Source: an uncultured Candidatus Saccharibacteria bacterium (GTDB taxonomy: Bacteria > Patescibacteriota > Minisyncoccia > UBA6257 > Colwellbacteraceae). From it: a DNA stretch of 36,879 nt. The notes under the pieces were generated by a model. That model was not told where the DNA came from. It made no database searches and worked only from the letters and a program-made list of their open reading frames with translations. Of the stretch, positions 26,227 to 35,764 are shown one piece after another. Position 1 is the first letter of the stretch, and the number at the start of each line of letters is the position of its first letter. The DNA is taken from assembly GCA_964633405.1 (NCBI GenBank), contig CAZWFV010000003.1, positions 1 through 36,879 on the forward strand. Reading direction: 5' to 3'. The position numbers and the translations under genes are program-made.

Positions 26227-27033
26227 ATGGATCCATCCAGTGGGCTTATATCGCTAGGTTCGCTACTTAGGGAGAGCTGGCGGAGCTACGCCAGACAATT
26301 TGGAGATATAATCTGGATATCGACACTTCCTTTCCTGGTCCTGGCCGTAGGCGACTACCTGAACGTCTTGGGCGGCTCCTCGCCGCAGGTGTTCAGCGGG
26401 ATCGTGAGCCTGATTGGCGTAATACTCTCAATTCTGTCCGGTCTGGCCCTTATCTATGCCGCCGAGAACAGCAGGCAATTCTCCGACAGCTATGCCTATG
26501 CCGAGCGCAGTTTCTTCGCCTATATATGGATGGCTCTGTTGAGTATCCTGGTGATGATAGGCGGGCTCATCCCACTCATAGTACCGACGCTCATCTTCAT
26601 GGTCTGGTTCAGCTTCTCCGGTTACGTTTTCGTCATAGATGGCGATCGCGGGCTGGGCGCCTTGCTGAAATCCAAAGAGTACTGCCACGGCTATTTCTGG
26701 CCGGTGGTGCTGAGATTCCTGATAGCGTTCCTGATAGCCATGGCGGTTTCCGTATTTGCGGCGCTGCTCGGCTCCATCTGGGGACAGTTCGGGGTCATAG
26801 CGCTGAATATGATCTTCCAGATATTATCCGTGCCGTTCCTTGTGATTTACGAGCTCGGGATTTACCACGATCTTAAGCGGATGCACCCCGAAATCGTGGG
26901 TGCCAGCGTGCAAAACAACCGCTTGAAATTTAGTCTGGCCGCCGCCTGGGGAGTGATCGCCCCAGCGCTGATTCTGGTCATATTCATACTCGTTTACGGC
27001 TTGTCGGCGGTAGTGCATTATATAGGTGGATAG
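26227..27033 (+). CDS. Multi-pass membrane protein of unknown function
   Basis: Hydrophobic helices; GLGALLKSKEYCHGYFWPV motif as seen in uncharacterised membrane families. Confidence 0.75.
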   Translation: MDPSSGLISLGSLLRESWRSYARQFGDIIWISTLPFLVLAVGDYLNVLGGSSPQVFSGIVSLIGVILSILSGLALIYAAENSRQFSDSYAYAERSFFAYIWMALLSILVMIGGLIPLIVPTLIFMVWFSFSGYVFVIDGDRGLGALLKSKEYCHGYFWPVVLRFLIAFLIAMAVSVFAALLGSIWGQFGVIALNMIFQILSVPFLVIYELGIYHDLKRMHPEIVGASVQNNRLKFSLAAAWGVIAPALILVIFILVYGLSAVVHYIGG

Positions 27034-27043
27034 CGAACCGAAC

Positions 27044-27502
27044 ATGCTCATATATATAGGCGCAGATCATCGCGGTTTCCGATTAAAGGAGGCGATCAGC
27101 AAATATCTTAAAGATATGGGCTATTCGGTGTCGGATATGGGAGCGTCGGCCTACGACGAAAATGACGACTACAACGACTTTGCCTCCGCAGTCGCCGAAA
27201 AGGTGAGCAGCGACCCGAGCGGTAGCAGGGGGATCGTGATGTGCGGTTCGGGGGTTGGGGTGGATGTGGTCGCGAACAAATTCAGGGGTATAAGATCGGC
27301 TCTCTCGTTCTCTCCGGACCAGGCCAGCGCCTCGAGGGCCGATGACGATACGAACGTGCTTGCCCTGCCAGCCGACTTTCTGGACGTAGAGGCGTCAAAA
27401 AGGATCGTGAGCGTATGGTTGCAGGCTCCGGCTTCGGCCGATGCGAGATATAAGCGACGCATCAATAAGATCAATGAGTTGGAGCATAAATTAAATTCGT
27501 GA
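27044..27502 (+). CDS. rpiB: Ribose-5-phosphate isomerase B
   Basis: IGADHRGF, CGSGVG, ANKFRGIR, DDTNVL. Confidence 0.93.
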   Translation: MLIYIGADHRGFRLKEAISKYLKDMGYSVSDMGASAYDENDDYNDFASAVAEKVSSDPSGSRGIVMCGSGVGVDVVANKFRGIRSALSFSPDQASASRADDDTNVLALPADFLDVEASKRIVSVWLQAPASADARYKRRINKINELEHKLNS

Positions 27503-28137
27503 TGCTGGTACTGCCGGTGATAAACTGTCGCGACGCCGAAACAGCCAACGCCAATATTAATAAGGCGGCGGACTTCTCGAGCTGGATACATATAGATATA
27601 ACCGACGGCAAGTTCGCCGAAGGCGTCACCTGGGGCGACCCGTCCGCGTTGCGCGACCTGAAACAACGCTTCCCCACCGTGCATTTCGAGATACATCTCA
27701 TGGTTCAGGATCCGGAGGATGTCGCCAGGGGTTGGTTGGAGGCCGGAGCCGACAGGGTGATAGTGCCGCTGGAGACGATGAAAGACCCAGGTGCATTGCT
27801 TAATGAGGCCAGGGGCCGCAGCGCCGAGATAATGCTATCCATCTCCCCGCCCACGCCGGCGGAGAACCTGATCCCGTACCTGTCGTCATTCACCGCCTTC
27901 CAGGTTCTGGCCGTCAACCCTGGGCCGTCGGGACAGAAGTTCTCGCCGGCCACAATCGACAAAGTGCGCTTCCTGAAGAAGAACAGACCCACGGCTGTGA
28001 TTGAGGTGGATGGCGGCGTCGATCTGGATGTTTGCCGGTCGCTGAGCGAAATCGGGACGGATGCCGTAGCCTCCGCAACATATATCTTCGGCGGGCCTGA
28101 TCCCAGGCACGCTTATAAGGAACTTTCCAGTTGTTAA
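27499..28137 (+). CDS. rpe: Ribulose-phosphate 3-epimerase
   Basis: HIDITDGKF, EIHLMV, VNPGPSGQKF, IEVDGG. Confidence 0.92.
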   Translation: MMLVLPVINCRDAETANANINKAADFSSWIHIDITDGKFAEGVTWGDPSALRDLKQRFPTVHFEIHLMVQDPEDVARGWLEAGADRVIVPLETMKDPGALLNEARGRSAEIMLSISPPTPAENLIPYLSSFTAFQVLAVNPGPSGQKFSPATIDKVRFLKKNRPTAVIEVDGGVDLDVCRSLSEIGTDAVASATYIFGGPDPRHAYKELSSC

Positions 28138-28171
28138 GCGCTTATACGCACCCCGGGCGATAAAATTCCTG

Positions 28172-28180
28172 TGGTATAAT
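28172..28180 (+). promoter_or_regulatory. Extended -10 promoter upstream of transketolase N subunit
   Basis: TGGTATAAT, 8 nt before ATG 28189. Confidence 0.7.
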
Positions 28181-28188
28181 GCGATTAC

Positions 28189-29049
28189 ATGGAGGAATTG
28201 AACGAAGAGAAACTGCGGTTTCTTGAGGACACCGCCGTTAAGATTAGGGAAACCATAATTGAAACGCTAGTTGAGGCCGGCTCCGGGCATTCGGCCGGGC
28301 CCTTAGGTATGGCCGACGTGTTCACGGCATTCTATTTCCATATTTTGAACCACGATCCCAAAAGACCGGACTGGCCGGAGAGGGACCGGCTTATCCTTTC
28401 CAACGGTCACATTTGCCCGGTCCGCTACGTGACCATGGCCTATGCCGGCTATCTGCCGATGGAGGAGCTGAAGACCCTGCGCAGGATAAATTCCCGACTG
28501 CAGGGTCATCCGCACCGCGGCTCCCTGCCCGGCTTAGAGACGACTTCGGGGCCACTGGGTTCAGGATTGAGCCAGGCTATAGGTGTGGCTCTAGCCGCGC
28601 GTCTTAATAAGGCCAAACACCGTATATACTGCCTGACCTCCGACGGCGAGCATGAAGAGGGCAATTTGTGGGAGGCGGCAATGTTCGCCGGCAAGAACAA
28701 ACTATCGAACCTTACCGTGATCGTCGACCGGAACAACATCCAGATAGACGGGTTCACCGAGAACGTCATGCCGCTCGAGCCCCTCAGGGAGAAATACGAA
28801 TCTTTCGGCTGGCACGTCTTGGAAATCGACGGCCACAGTTTCGAGGCCATAATCGATGCGGTCAACGAAGCCAAAGCCATCTACGAGAAGCCGACGGTCA
28901 TTATTGCCCATACCATCCCCGGCAAGGGAGTGAGTTTCATGGAGATGGATTATTTGTGGCACGGCAAGCCGCCGACCAGGGAAGAAGGGGGAATTGCCAT
29001 GAAGGAATTGCGTACGCTGCAGGGTAAAATAGAATCAGAGCATCAGTAA
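28189..29049 (+). CDS. Transketolase, N-terminal (TPP-binding) subunit
   Basis: SGHSAG, RDRLILSNGH, LQGHP, SDGEHEEG...WEA, WHGKPP. Confidence 0.94.
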   Translation: MEELNEEKLRFLEDTAVKIRETIIETLVEAGSGHSAGPLGMADVFTAFYFHILNHDPKRPDWPERDRLILSNGHICPVRYVTMAYAGYLPMEELKTLRRINSRLQGHPHRGSLPGLETTSGPLGSGLSQAIGVALAARLNKAKHRIYCLTSDGEHEEGNLWEAAMFAGKNKLSNLTVIVDRNNIQIDGFTENVMPLEPLREKYESFGWHVLEIDGHSFEAIIDAVNEAKAIYEKPTVIIAHTIPGKGVSFMEMDYLWHGKPPTREEGGIAMKELRTLQGKIESEHQ

Positions 29050-29054
29050 ACACA

Positions 29055-29585
29055 ATGAAGATTATTAACTTGGTTTTAGGATTAGGTACGGCAATCATCC
29101 TCGCGGCGCTCATAACCCTCGGGATACAGGCGTTTTACCCCGCCCCGACGGCACCAATCTACCCAGCTTCGCCGATGAGACCGATCATTCCCTGCCAGTC
29201 GAGTGACACAAAATGTCTGCAGCAAAATCAGCAGATCGAAACCCAGCAGAATGCTGCGCAGCAACAGTTCTCCCAGGAGGAACAGACTTATGAGAGCCGG
29301 GTGAAGGTATATGACCGCAATATATTTGTAATCGCTAACATACTCGGTCTGATCGTATTCGCTCTCGGGTTCTGGCTCTTATTCGCCACAGCTATCTCTG
29401 CCCGGGGCGTGCCGGTGGGCATAATGATCGCCGGTCTGTGGAGCATAACTTACGGCTACGGCCGCGGTTGGGGCAGCGTGAACGACCAACTCAAATTTTT
29501 CATAGGCCTGGTCATAGCCGTCTTGGTTATCGGCGGCAGCATGTGGCTGATCGAAAAATATGCCAAGAAAAAAGGAAATGCTTAA
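29055..29585 (+). CDS. Four-TM membrane protein of unknown function
   Basis: One TM, a Pro/Gln-rich loop with two Cys, then three TMs. Confidence 0.75.
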   Translation: MKIINLVLGLGTAIILAALITLGIQAFYPAPTAPIYPASPMRPIIPCQSSDTKCLQQNQQIETQQNAAQQQFSQEEQTYESRVKVYDRNIFVIANILGLIVFALGFWLLFATAISARGVPVGIMIAGLWSITYGYGRGWGSVNDQLKFFIGLVIAVLVIGGSMWLIEKYAKKKGNA

Positions 29586-30564
29586 CCCGAACTCAAAACT
29601 CAACCCCAAATTATTTGATGACGTGGAACGTAAGCCTATCCGCGACGGGTACGGCGATGGCTTGCTGATAGCCGGAGACAGGGATCCGAACGTCGTCGTG
29701 CTGTGCGCAGACCTGACCGAATCCACCCGATCTGAGGCCTTCTCTAAAAAGTTCCCGGATCGTTTCTTTGAGACAGGCGTGGCCGAACAGAACATGGCGA
29801 CGATTGCCGCGGGACTGGGCATCTCCGGGAAGGTGCCGTTCATCTCCTCCTACGCGACGTTCTCTCCCGGGAGGAATTGGGAGCAGATCCGCACGACCAT
29901 CGCCTACAACGACTCCAACGTTAAGATTGCCGGGCATCATTCGGGCATATCGGTCGGTCCGGATGGGGCGACCCATCAGGCTATCGAGGATATCGCCACC
30001 ATGCGGGTCATGGCCAATATGAGAGTCTTCGTTCCGTGCGATGCGATTGAGGCTAAGAAAGCCACCTTGGCCGCAGCAAGGATAGTCGGGCCGGTCTACA
30101 TCAGGTTCGCCAGGGAGAAGTCGCCGGTCATAACCACCGAGGACACGCCGTATGCCCCGGGCAAGGCCGAGATATTCTGGGATTCGGAGCAGCCTGAGGT
30201 GGCGATAATCGCCTGCGGACAATTGGTATATCAATCCCTCGTCGCCGCTAAGGAATTGGAGGGAGAGGGGACAAGCACCATTGTCGTCAACAACCACAGC
30301 GTCAAGCCGTTGGATGAGGTGGGAATACTGGATGCGGTCAGGCGTTGCCGGGCTGTGGTCACGGTGGAAGAGCACCAGGTCATGGGCGGGATGGGCAGTG
30401 CCGTAGCCGAACTGCTGGCGCGGAAATTTCCGGTGCCGATCGAGTTTGTCGGAATGCACGACGTATACGGAGAGTCGGGCAAACCGGATGAGCTGATTGA
30501 GAAGTATGGAATGGGCGTGAAGGATATAAAGGCCGCTGCAGCCAACGTTATCAAGAGGAAATAA
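29578..30564 (+). CDS. Transketolase, C-terminal subunit
   Basis: GVAEQNM, GPDGATHQAIED, VTVEEHQ. Start placed at ATG 29578. Confidence 0.94.
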   Translation: MLNPNSKLNPKLFDDVERKPIRDGYGDGLLIAGDRDPNVVVLCADLTESTRSEAFSKKFPDRFFETGVAEQNMATIAAGLGISGKVPFISSYATFSPGRNWEQIRTTIAYNDSNVKIAGHHSGISVGPDGATHQAIEDIATMRVMANMRVFVPCDAIEAKKATLAAARIVGPVYIRFAREKSPVITTEDTPYAPGKAEIFWDSEQPEVAIIACGQLVYQSLVAAKELEGEGTSTIVVNNHSVKPLDEVGILDAVRRCRAVVTVEEHQVMGGMGSAVAELLARKFPVPIEFVGMHDVYGESGKPDELIEKYGMGVKDIKAAAANVIKRK

Positions 30565-31586
30565 TGGCGGCGAATAGGTACGACGTTGTAACTATAGGCT
30601 CGGCGACCCGTGACGCCTTCTTACAGGGTGATTTCAGGATAGAGGTATATCCCAAAACGGAAAGCGGTCGGGCGATAGTCCTTCCCTTCGGTGAAAAATT
30701 CGGGGTTAAACGCGTATTCTTCACCATCGGGGGCAATTCCGTGAACGCTGCCGTCACCTTCGGCAGACAGGGCTTCAAGACGGCGGTCGTAGCCAAGGTG
30801 GGCAACGATTTGTCCGGTGAGGAAATAAAACGGCGATTGAAGATGGAGGGGGTCGTCGTAAACCGCATATCGACGTCGAAATTGCCGACGGCATACTCGG
30901 TACTTTTGTCAGATAAAGGGGAAAGAACGATATTAAACTACCCGGGCGCAGTAAACGAGTTCTCGATAGACGACGTCCCTCTGGGCGACATGGCGGCCAA
31001 GTGGTGGTATGTCTCCCTGCCCGGGAAATCCTTCAGCTCTTTCCCGAGGATTCTGAAAGCGGCCGAAGGCAAAGGCATAAAAGTAGCTCTGAACCCGACT
31101 ATGAATCATATAAGAGGAGCCCGCCGGGAATTGTTGAAATTGCTGCCGAGAATAGCCTTCTTCGTGCTCAATGAGAGCGAAGCTTCCGCCCTGACCGGCA
31201 TATCCTTCAGGAAAGAGGCAACCATATTCAAAAGGATCGATAGGTTGGACCGGAATGTCGTCGCCGTTACCGCCGGGCCAGCGGGAGTAACCGTATCCGA
31301 CGGCAGATTTATATATAGTGCAGGCACATTCAAGGAAAGGAGACTGATCGACCGGACCGGAGCCGGGGATGCCTTCGGATCGGGTTTCGTTGCCGGTCTG
31401 ATGCGCCGCAGCGTCGGGGATAAGGCGCCTTCTCCGGAAGACGTCGAATACGCAATCCGCCTGGCCTTGGCCAATTCAACGGCGACGGTCGAGGTGATGG
31501 GAGCTACCGAAGGTACTTTATCCAAACGGCAGTTCGATACCGAACGCCGATTCAAGAAGATTACTATACGTCGCAAACCAATCTAG
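30564..31586 (+). CDS. PfkB-family carbohydrate kinase
   Basis: GGNSVNAAV, LNESEA, DRTGAGDAFGSGF. Confidence 0.92.
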   Translation: MAANRYDVVTIGSATRDAFLQGDFRIEVYPKTESGRAIVLPFGEKFGVKRVFFTIGGNSVNAAVTFGRQGFKTAVVAKVGNDLSGEEIKRRLKMEGVVVNRISTSKLPTAYSVLLSDKGERTILNYPGAVNEFSIDDVPLGDMAAKWWYVSLPGKSFSSFPRILKAAEGKGIKVALNPTMNHIRGARRELLKLLPRIAFFVLNESEASALTGISFRKEATIFKRIDRLDRNVVAVTAGPAGVTVSDGRFIYSAGTFKERRLIDRTGAGDAFGSGFVAGLMRRSVGDKAPSPEDVEYAIRLALANSTATVEVMGATEGTLSKRQFDTERRFKKITIRRKPI

Positions 31587-31587
31587 G

Positions 31588-32835
31588 ATGAGTCAATACG
31601 AAAGATTAGCCAAGATATTGAAACTGGATCCTTCTGTCCTGGAAGGATTGGACAGGGAGATGGCCGAGAGAACGGGCAAACGGGGCGTTGTCGATAAGAT
31701 TGCTGCGGACAACGAGACTACGGTAACCAGTACGCTTAACCTGCTCGACTCCGGGGATCGGACGTCGAGGCGCGTCAGGAGCGTGCTTAGAAAAACCATC
31801 CTGCACCACGAAGAGGAGCTGCTGGATTATCTGAATGTCGTTGAGGGAGAGAATGAGCTGGAGAAGGCTACGGTCTTGGCCCGCAAGATCGCCCATGTCG
31901 GCCCGGGCTATTTCCTGAAAAGGGAGCATGCCGCGGAGATATTAAGAAAACGGCCGCCGGAAAACGTCCTGAAATACCTGGGCGTGTCCACCGTTGACCA
32001 GGCGTTGAGGGGTCACGACGTCGTCGAGATATTCACGGCACTCCGTTTCATGGAATCTGACGAATGGATGCATCAGACTTTCGAGGACGCCTACAGCGCC
32101 TTTACTGCAGCCGATTTTGAGGAACGTCCGATAGAGATAAAGGTCCTGGGCAACGAATGGCACGAAGTCGCCAAGAAATTCGTCGCCAAAAAACACCATA
32201 ACGTCAGTCACCTTAAGGAATTCGGGGTCATATTCCTGAACCCGATTCAGGAGAGGATGCCCGGCAAATTCTTCCGCGACTTCGCCTTACTATTCCACTA
32301 CAGCCACGAGATAGAGTTCTACTCGAAGATGTTCAAACTGTTCTCCTCCAAAGAGGACTTCCCACGGAGATTCAAGGCCTTGTTGAGGGGAGACGTGCCA
32401 GAAACGGATAAACTCGACCCCGGCGAATGGATGATAGTCCAACGCTATTTGGCCAAGATCAACCCGTCAGACCCGCGTCTGTTTATGCCCAGGGTGAACC
32501 CCGAATCTTTGCATTGGCGTCGGGGAGAAAAAGATATAGCGATGTTCCAGATCCCGCAGGTCAAACTTAACTTGAACATATGGGCTGACCTCGATTGGGT
32601 CGCCGATATATTCCAGATAGATTCACCGGCCGACGGCTCCGAACTGGTGAGCTTCGACCTGGAGGACAATGCCATGACCCTGGTTTCTTTCATGGAGGGC
32701 GAAGACCAGCAGTCTTTCACCTATCATCAAATGGAAGCAATGTGGACCAGGATTTTCAGCGAATACGTTGGCGGCGACGACAACATGGAGAAGCTGCTGA
32801 TAAACAACCTGGACAAAGGAATAATAAAATTCTAA
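31588..32835 (+). CDS. Hypothetical soluble protein (415 aa)
   Basis: Long ORF tightly packed between the PfkB gene and fba; no family recognised. Confidence 0.85.
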   Translation: MSQYERLAKILKLDPSVLEGLDREMAERTGKRGVVDKIAADNETTVTSTLNLLDSGDRTSRRVRSVLRKTILHHEEELLDYLNVVEGENELEKATVLARKIAHVGPGYFLKREHAAEILRKRPPENVLKYLGVSTVDQALRGHDVVEIFTALRFMESDEWMHQTFEDAYSAFTAADFEERPIEIKVLGNEWHEVAKKFVAKKHHNVSHLKEFGVIFLNPIQERMPGKFFRDFALLFHYSHEIEFYSKMFKLFSSKEDFPRRFKALLRGDVPETDKLDPGEWMIVQRYLAKINPSDPRLFMPRVNPESLHWRRGEKDIAMFQIPQVKLNLNIWADLDWVADIFQIDSPADGSELVSFDLEDNAMTLVSFMEGEDQQSFTYHQMEAMWTRIFSEYVGGDDNMEKLLINNLDKGIIKF

Positions 32836-32839
32836 AAGA

Positions 32840-33715
32840 ATGGTTAGAAATCTGCGAGAGACACTGACCGATGCCGACAGCCGCAGGGTGGCGGTAGGAC
32901 ACTTCAATATATCCGACCTCGCCGCCTTCAACGGCATAACTGCCGCGGCCCAGGAATTGAAATTGCCCATCCTGATCGGGGTATCCGAGGGCGAGAGGAA
33001 ATTCATCGGAGTGAGAGCCGCGGCGGCGCTGATAAAATCGTATCGGGAGCAGTACGACTTCTTCCCGATCTACCTGAACGCCGACCACACCCACTCGTTG
33101 GACAAGGTGAAGGAAGCGGCCGAGGCCGGATTCGACGAGATTCTATTCGACGGATCAGCTCTCGGCTTCGAGGACAACATACGTCAGACCAAAGAAGCGG
33201 TGCGAATGGTCCACGCCATCAATCCAGGGATAGTCGTCGAGGGTGAGATAGGTTACATCGGCTCTTCCTCGGAGATAATAGACAAGAGGCCGGACAGCTC
33301 ATTGAAGCTTTCCACGCCGGAGGACGCCGTCCGTTTTGTAAAGGAGACGGGGGTGGACGTGTTGGCTCCGGCCGTAGGCAATATGCACGGCCTCTTAAAG
33401 GAGATGGTCACGGGACAGGCTCACAAGCGTCTCGATATAAACCTTATCAGCGAGATAAAAAGAACCTGCGGCATATTCATGACCCTGCACGGGGGATCGG
33501 GCACCGCCGACGAGGACTTCGTCGCAGCGGCGAAAAACGGCATGACGATCATCCATGTCTCAAGCGAGCTCCGTCTCGCTTGGCGGCGCGGCGTTGAACA
33601 GGGGCTCAAGGAACATCCCGACGAGATCGCCCCATACAAACTCTTTCCCGTGGCGGTTGATAATATTTACAAGATAGTCAGAGATAGGTTGCGCCTATTC
33701 AACGGTTTGAACTGA
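32840..33715 (+). CDS. fba: Class II fructose-bisphosphate aldolase family protein
   Basis: LNADH, VEGEIGYIG, APAVGNMHG, TLHGGSG. Confidence 0.9.
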   Translation: MVRNLRETLTDADSRRVAVGHFNISDLAAFNGITAAAQELKLPILIGVSEGERKFIGVRAAAALIKSYREQYDFFPIYLNADHTHSLDKVKEAAEAGFDEILFDGSALGFEDNIRQTKEAVRMVHAINPGIVVEGEIGYIGSSSEIIDKRPDSSLKLSTPEDAVRFVKETGVDVLAPAVGNMHGLLKEMVTGQAHKRLDINLISEIKRTCGIFMTLHGGSGTADEDFVAAAKNGMTIIHVSSELRLAWRRGVEQGLKEHPDEIAPYKLFPVAVDNIYKIVRDRLRLFNGLN

Positions 33716-33777
33716 AACCTGCGACCTCTTGAGTTTATTAAATTAATCCTTACAATGGGGATTGTTGCTTTATTGAA

Positions 33778-34443
33778 ATGATTGAATTAAAGACAGAAAA
33801 AAGGACTTTGCTCGGCAGGGCCAGCGCGGGATTGCGCAAGAAGGGCCTAATTCCAGCCGAACTCTACGGTCACGGCATAGCCAACCTCCACCTTGCGCTC
33901 AATACCCGGGATTTCGAAAAAGTGTACCGCGAGGCCGGAGAGAACACGGTCATAAACATTATGGTGGACGGCAAGCCACACCCGGCCCTGATCTATTATG
34001 TGGAACGCGATTACCTGAAGGATGAGCTGCTTGCAGTCGACCTATACCAGGTGAACATGAAGGAGGAGCTCCAGACCGAGATTCCATTGGACTTCAAGGG
34101 CGAATCCCCGGCCATAAAGGAAAGCGGGGTATTGATCAAAGCAATGGACGTCGTCGAAGTCAGGGCCCTGCCTCAGAATTTGCCGGAGTCGATAGCGGTC
34201 GACCTGACCAAATTGGAGAAGATAGGCGACAGTATATACGTGCGCGATCTGATCCAGAGTGATAAATTTGAATACTTAGTCGAGCCGGACACTGTCGTGG
34301 CCAGCATCACCGAGCAGGTTGAAGAGGAAGTCGTTGAACCAACGATTACCCCCGAGGAGGTAGTGGTGGAAACAGAGGAGAAGAAGGCCGAGCGCGAACA
34401 AGCCAAGGCCACCGAGACGGGAGGAGAAGAGGCTCAGAAGTAA
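33778..34443 (+). CDS. rplY: 50S ribosomal protein L25/Ctc
   Basis: LRKKGLIPAELYG; Ctc C-terminal domain; acidic tail. Confidence 0.94.
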   Translation: MIELKTEKRTLLGRASAGLRKKGLIPAELYGHGIANLHLALNTRDFEKVYREAGENTVINIMVDGKPHPALIYYVERDYLKDELLAVDLYQVNMKEELQTEIPLDFKGESPAIKESGVLIKAMDVVEVRALPQNLPESIAVDLTKLEKIGDSIYVRDLIQSDKFEYLVEPDTVVASITEQVEEEVVEPTITPEEVVVETEEKKAEREQAKATETGGEEAQK

Positions 34444-34462
34444 GCCTCTTTTTCACATATAA

Positions 34463-34490
34463 TGTAACGTTACCGATAAAGTAGCGTATT
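34463..34490 (+). promoter_or_regulatory. Putative ECF-sigma promoter (autoregulatory)
   Basis: TGTAAC (34463-34468), 16 bp, CGTATT (34485-34490). Confidence 0.6.
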
Positions 34491-34495
34491 TACCT

Positions 34496-35059
34496 ATGGG
34501 AACAGACATCTTCGGCGCAGCCGACTTCAACACCCTCGCAGCGCGGATGAAAGGGGGCGACAGGAAAGCGGCCGCGACTATATACGATAAATTATTTCCC
34601 AAAGCCTACGGCTTCATCCTCGCCAGAACCAGCAACGAAGAAGCATCCGAGGATCTGGCCCAGGAGATATTCATCAAGCTCATTGAGAAAGTAAACAGCT
34701 TTGACGATAAGCGCGGCAGTTTCACTGTATGGTTCTGGCGGATAGTTCAGAACTCGTTGATCGACTACTACCGCATCAAGAGGCCAGTGCCGTTCTCCAG
34801 CTTTGACGAGAGGACGGTCGAATCTATGGCTGTCAGCCGCGGACCAGACGACATCGACGAGAGGTTACGATATCTCCGGCTGATCGATTTGGTGAAAACG
34901 TTGAGCGAAGAGGAACGAGAGATGTTCGAACTACGCTTCATTGCCGAGATGAGTTACAAGGACATAGCCGAGCTTACCGACAGGTCGGAAGGATCATTGA
35001 GGATAGCGGCCATGCGACTCAAGGAGAAAATAAGGAACGAATTCAAAGATGAGATTTAA
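34496..35059 (+). CDS. ECF-family RNA polymerase sigma factor
   Basis: SEDLAQEIFIK, SFTVWFWRIVQNSLIDYYR, region-4 MSYKDIAE. Confidence 0.93.
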   Translation: MGTDIFGAADFNTLAARMKGGDRKAAATIYDKLFPKAYGFILARTSNEEASEDLAQEIFIKLIEKVNSFDDKRGSFTVWFWRIVQNSLIDYYRIKRPVPFSSFDERTVESMAVSRGPDDIDERLRYLRLIDLVKTLSEEEREMFELRFIAEMSYKDIAELTDRSEGSLRIAAMRLKEKIRNEFKDEI

Positions 35060-35738
35060 CTTTCTGAACAAATACAGAGACCTGCCCAAGTCATTAGGGA
35101 CAGCTCTCTTGCCGGACAAAGAAACGGTGGATAGCAACAAGAAGGCGTTCCTGGCGCATTTCGATGCGAGCCACGGGACGGTCGCGAAGCGCGGTCTGGC
35201 TTTCGGCCTGAAAGTTGCCGCCGTGACGATGGTCGCGGTAATAGCCCTTGTATCGGGAGCCTCGGTTTACGCCGACACCCAAAACATCCCGGCCAACAGC
35301 GTATTTTATCCGCTAAAGCGCTTGAGCGAATCAATCAGATTAGCCCTGGCCAAGCCACAGGACAAACCTAAGTTACAAGCCGATCTCGCTGAGCGCCGGG
35401 TGCAAGAGATAGATTATCTTGTCCAGCAGAAATCCTCATTAAAGAAGGTGCCTCAGCTGGAGAACGATCTGAACAGCTCACTGCTCAAATCAATCAAATA
35501 TGCCAAGGAAAGCGGCTTGAGCGGGACCGATTTAGGCTCTTTCTGCAACCAGGTTTCGAGCATCATCGCCATGCCTTCGAGCACCGCAGCGGGAGGCAGC
35601 CTTAACAACCCCCATCTTCTGGAAATGTTTTATAACCAATGCGAAGAACAATCTCAGCGATCACAGCAAGTCCAGCAAGGCAAAGGCAAAAGCGGTCAGC
35701 AATCCCAGCAAGCCCAACACGGTAAAAGTAAGAAGTAA
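35049..35738 (+). CDS. DUF5667-like single-TM protein, probable anti-sigma factor
   Basis: Overlaps the sigma stop; TM followed by PANSVFYPLKRLSE...LAERRVQE. Confidence 0.7.
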   Translation: MRFNFLNKYRDLPKSLGTALLPDKETVDSNKKAFLAHFDASHGTVAKRGLAFGLKVAAVTMVAVIALVSGASVYADTQNIPANSVFYPLKRLSESIRLALAKPQDKPKLQADLAERRVQEIDYLVQQKSSLKKVPQLENDLNSSLLKSIKYAKESGLSGTDLGSFCNQVSSIIAMPSSTAAGGSLNNPHLLEMFYNQCEEQSQRSQQVQQGKGKSGQQSQQAQHGKSKK

Positions 35739-35764
35739 ACGCTCTGATCCGATTGGCACAGTAG

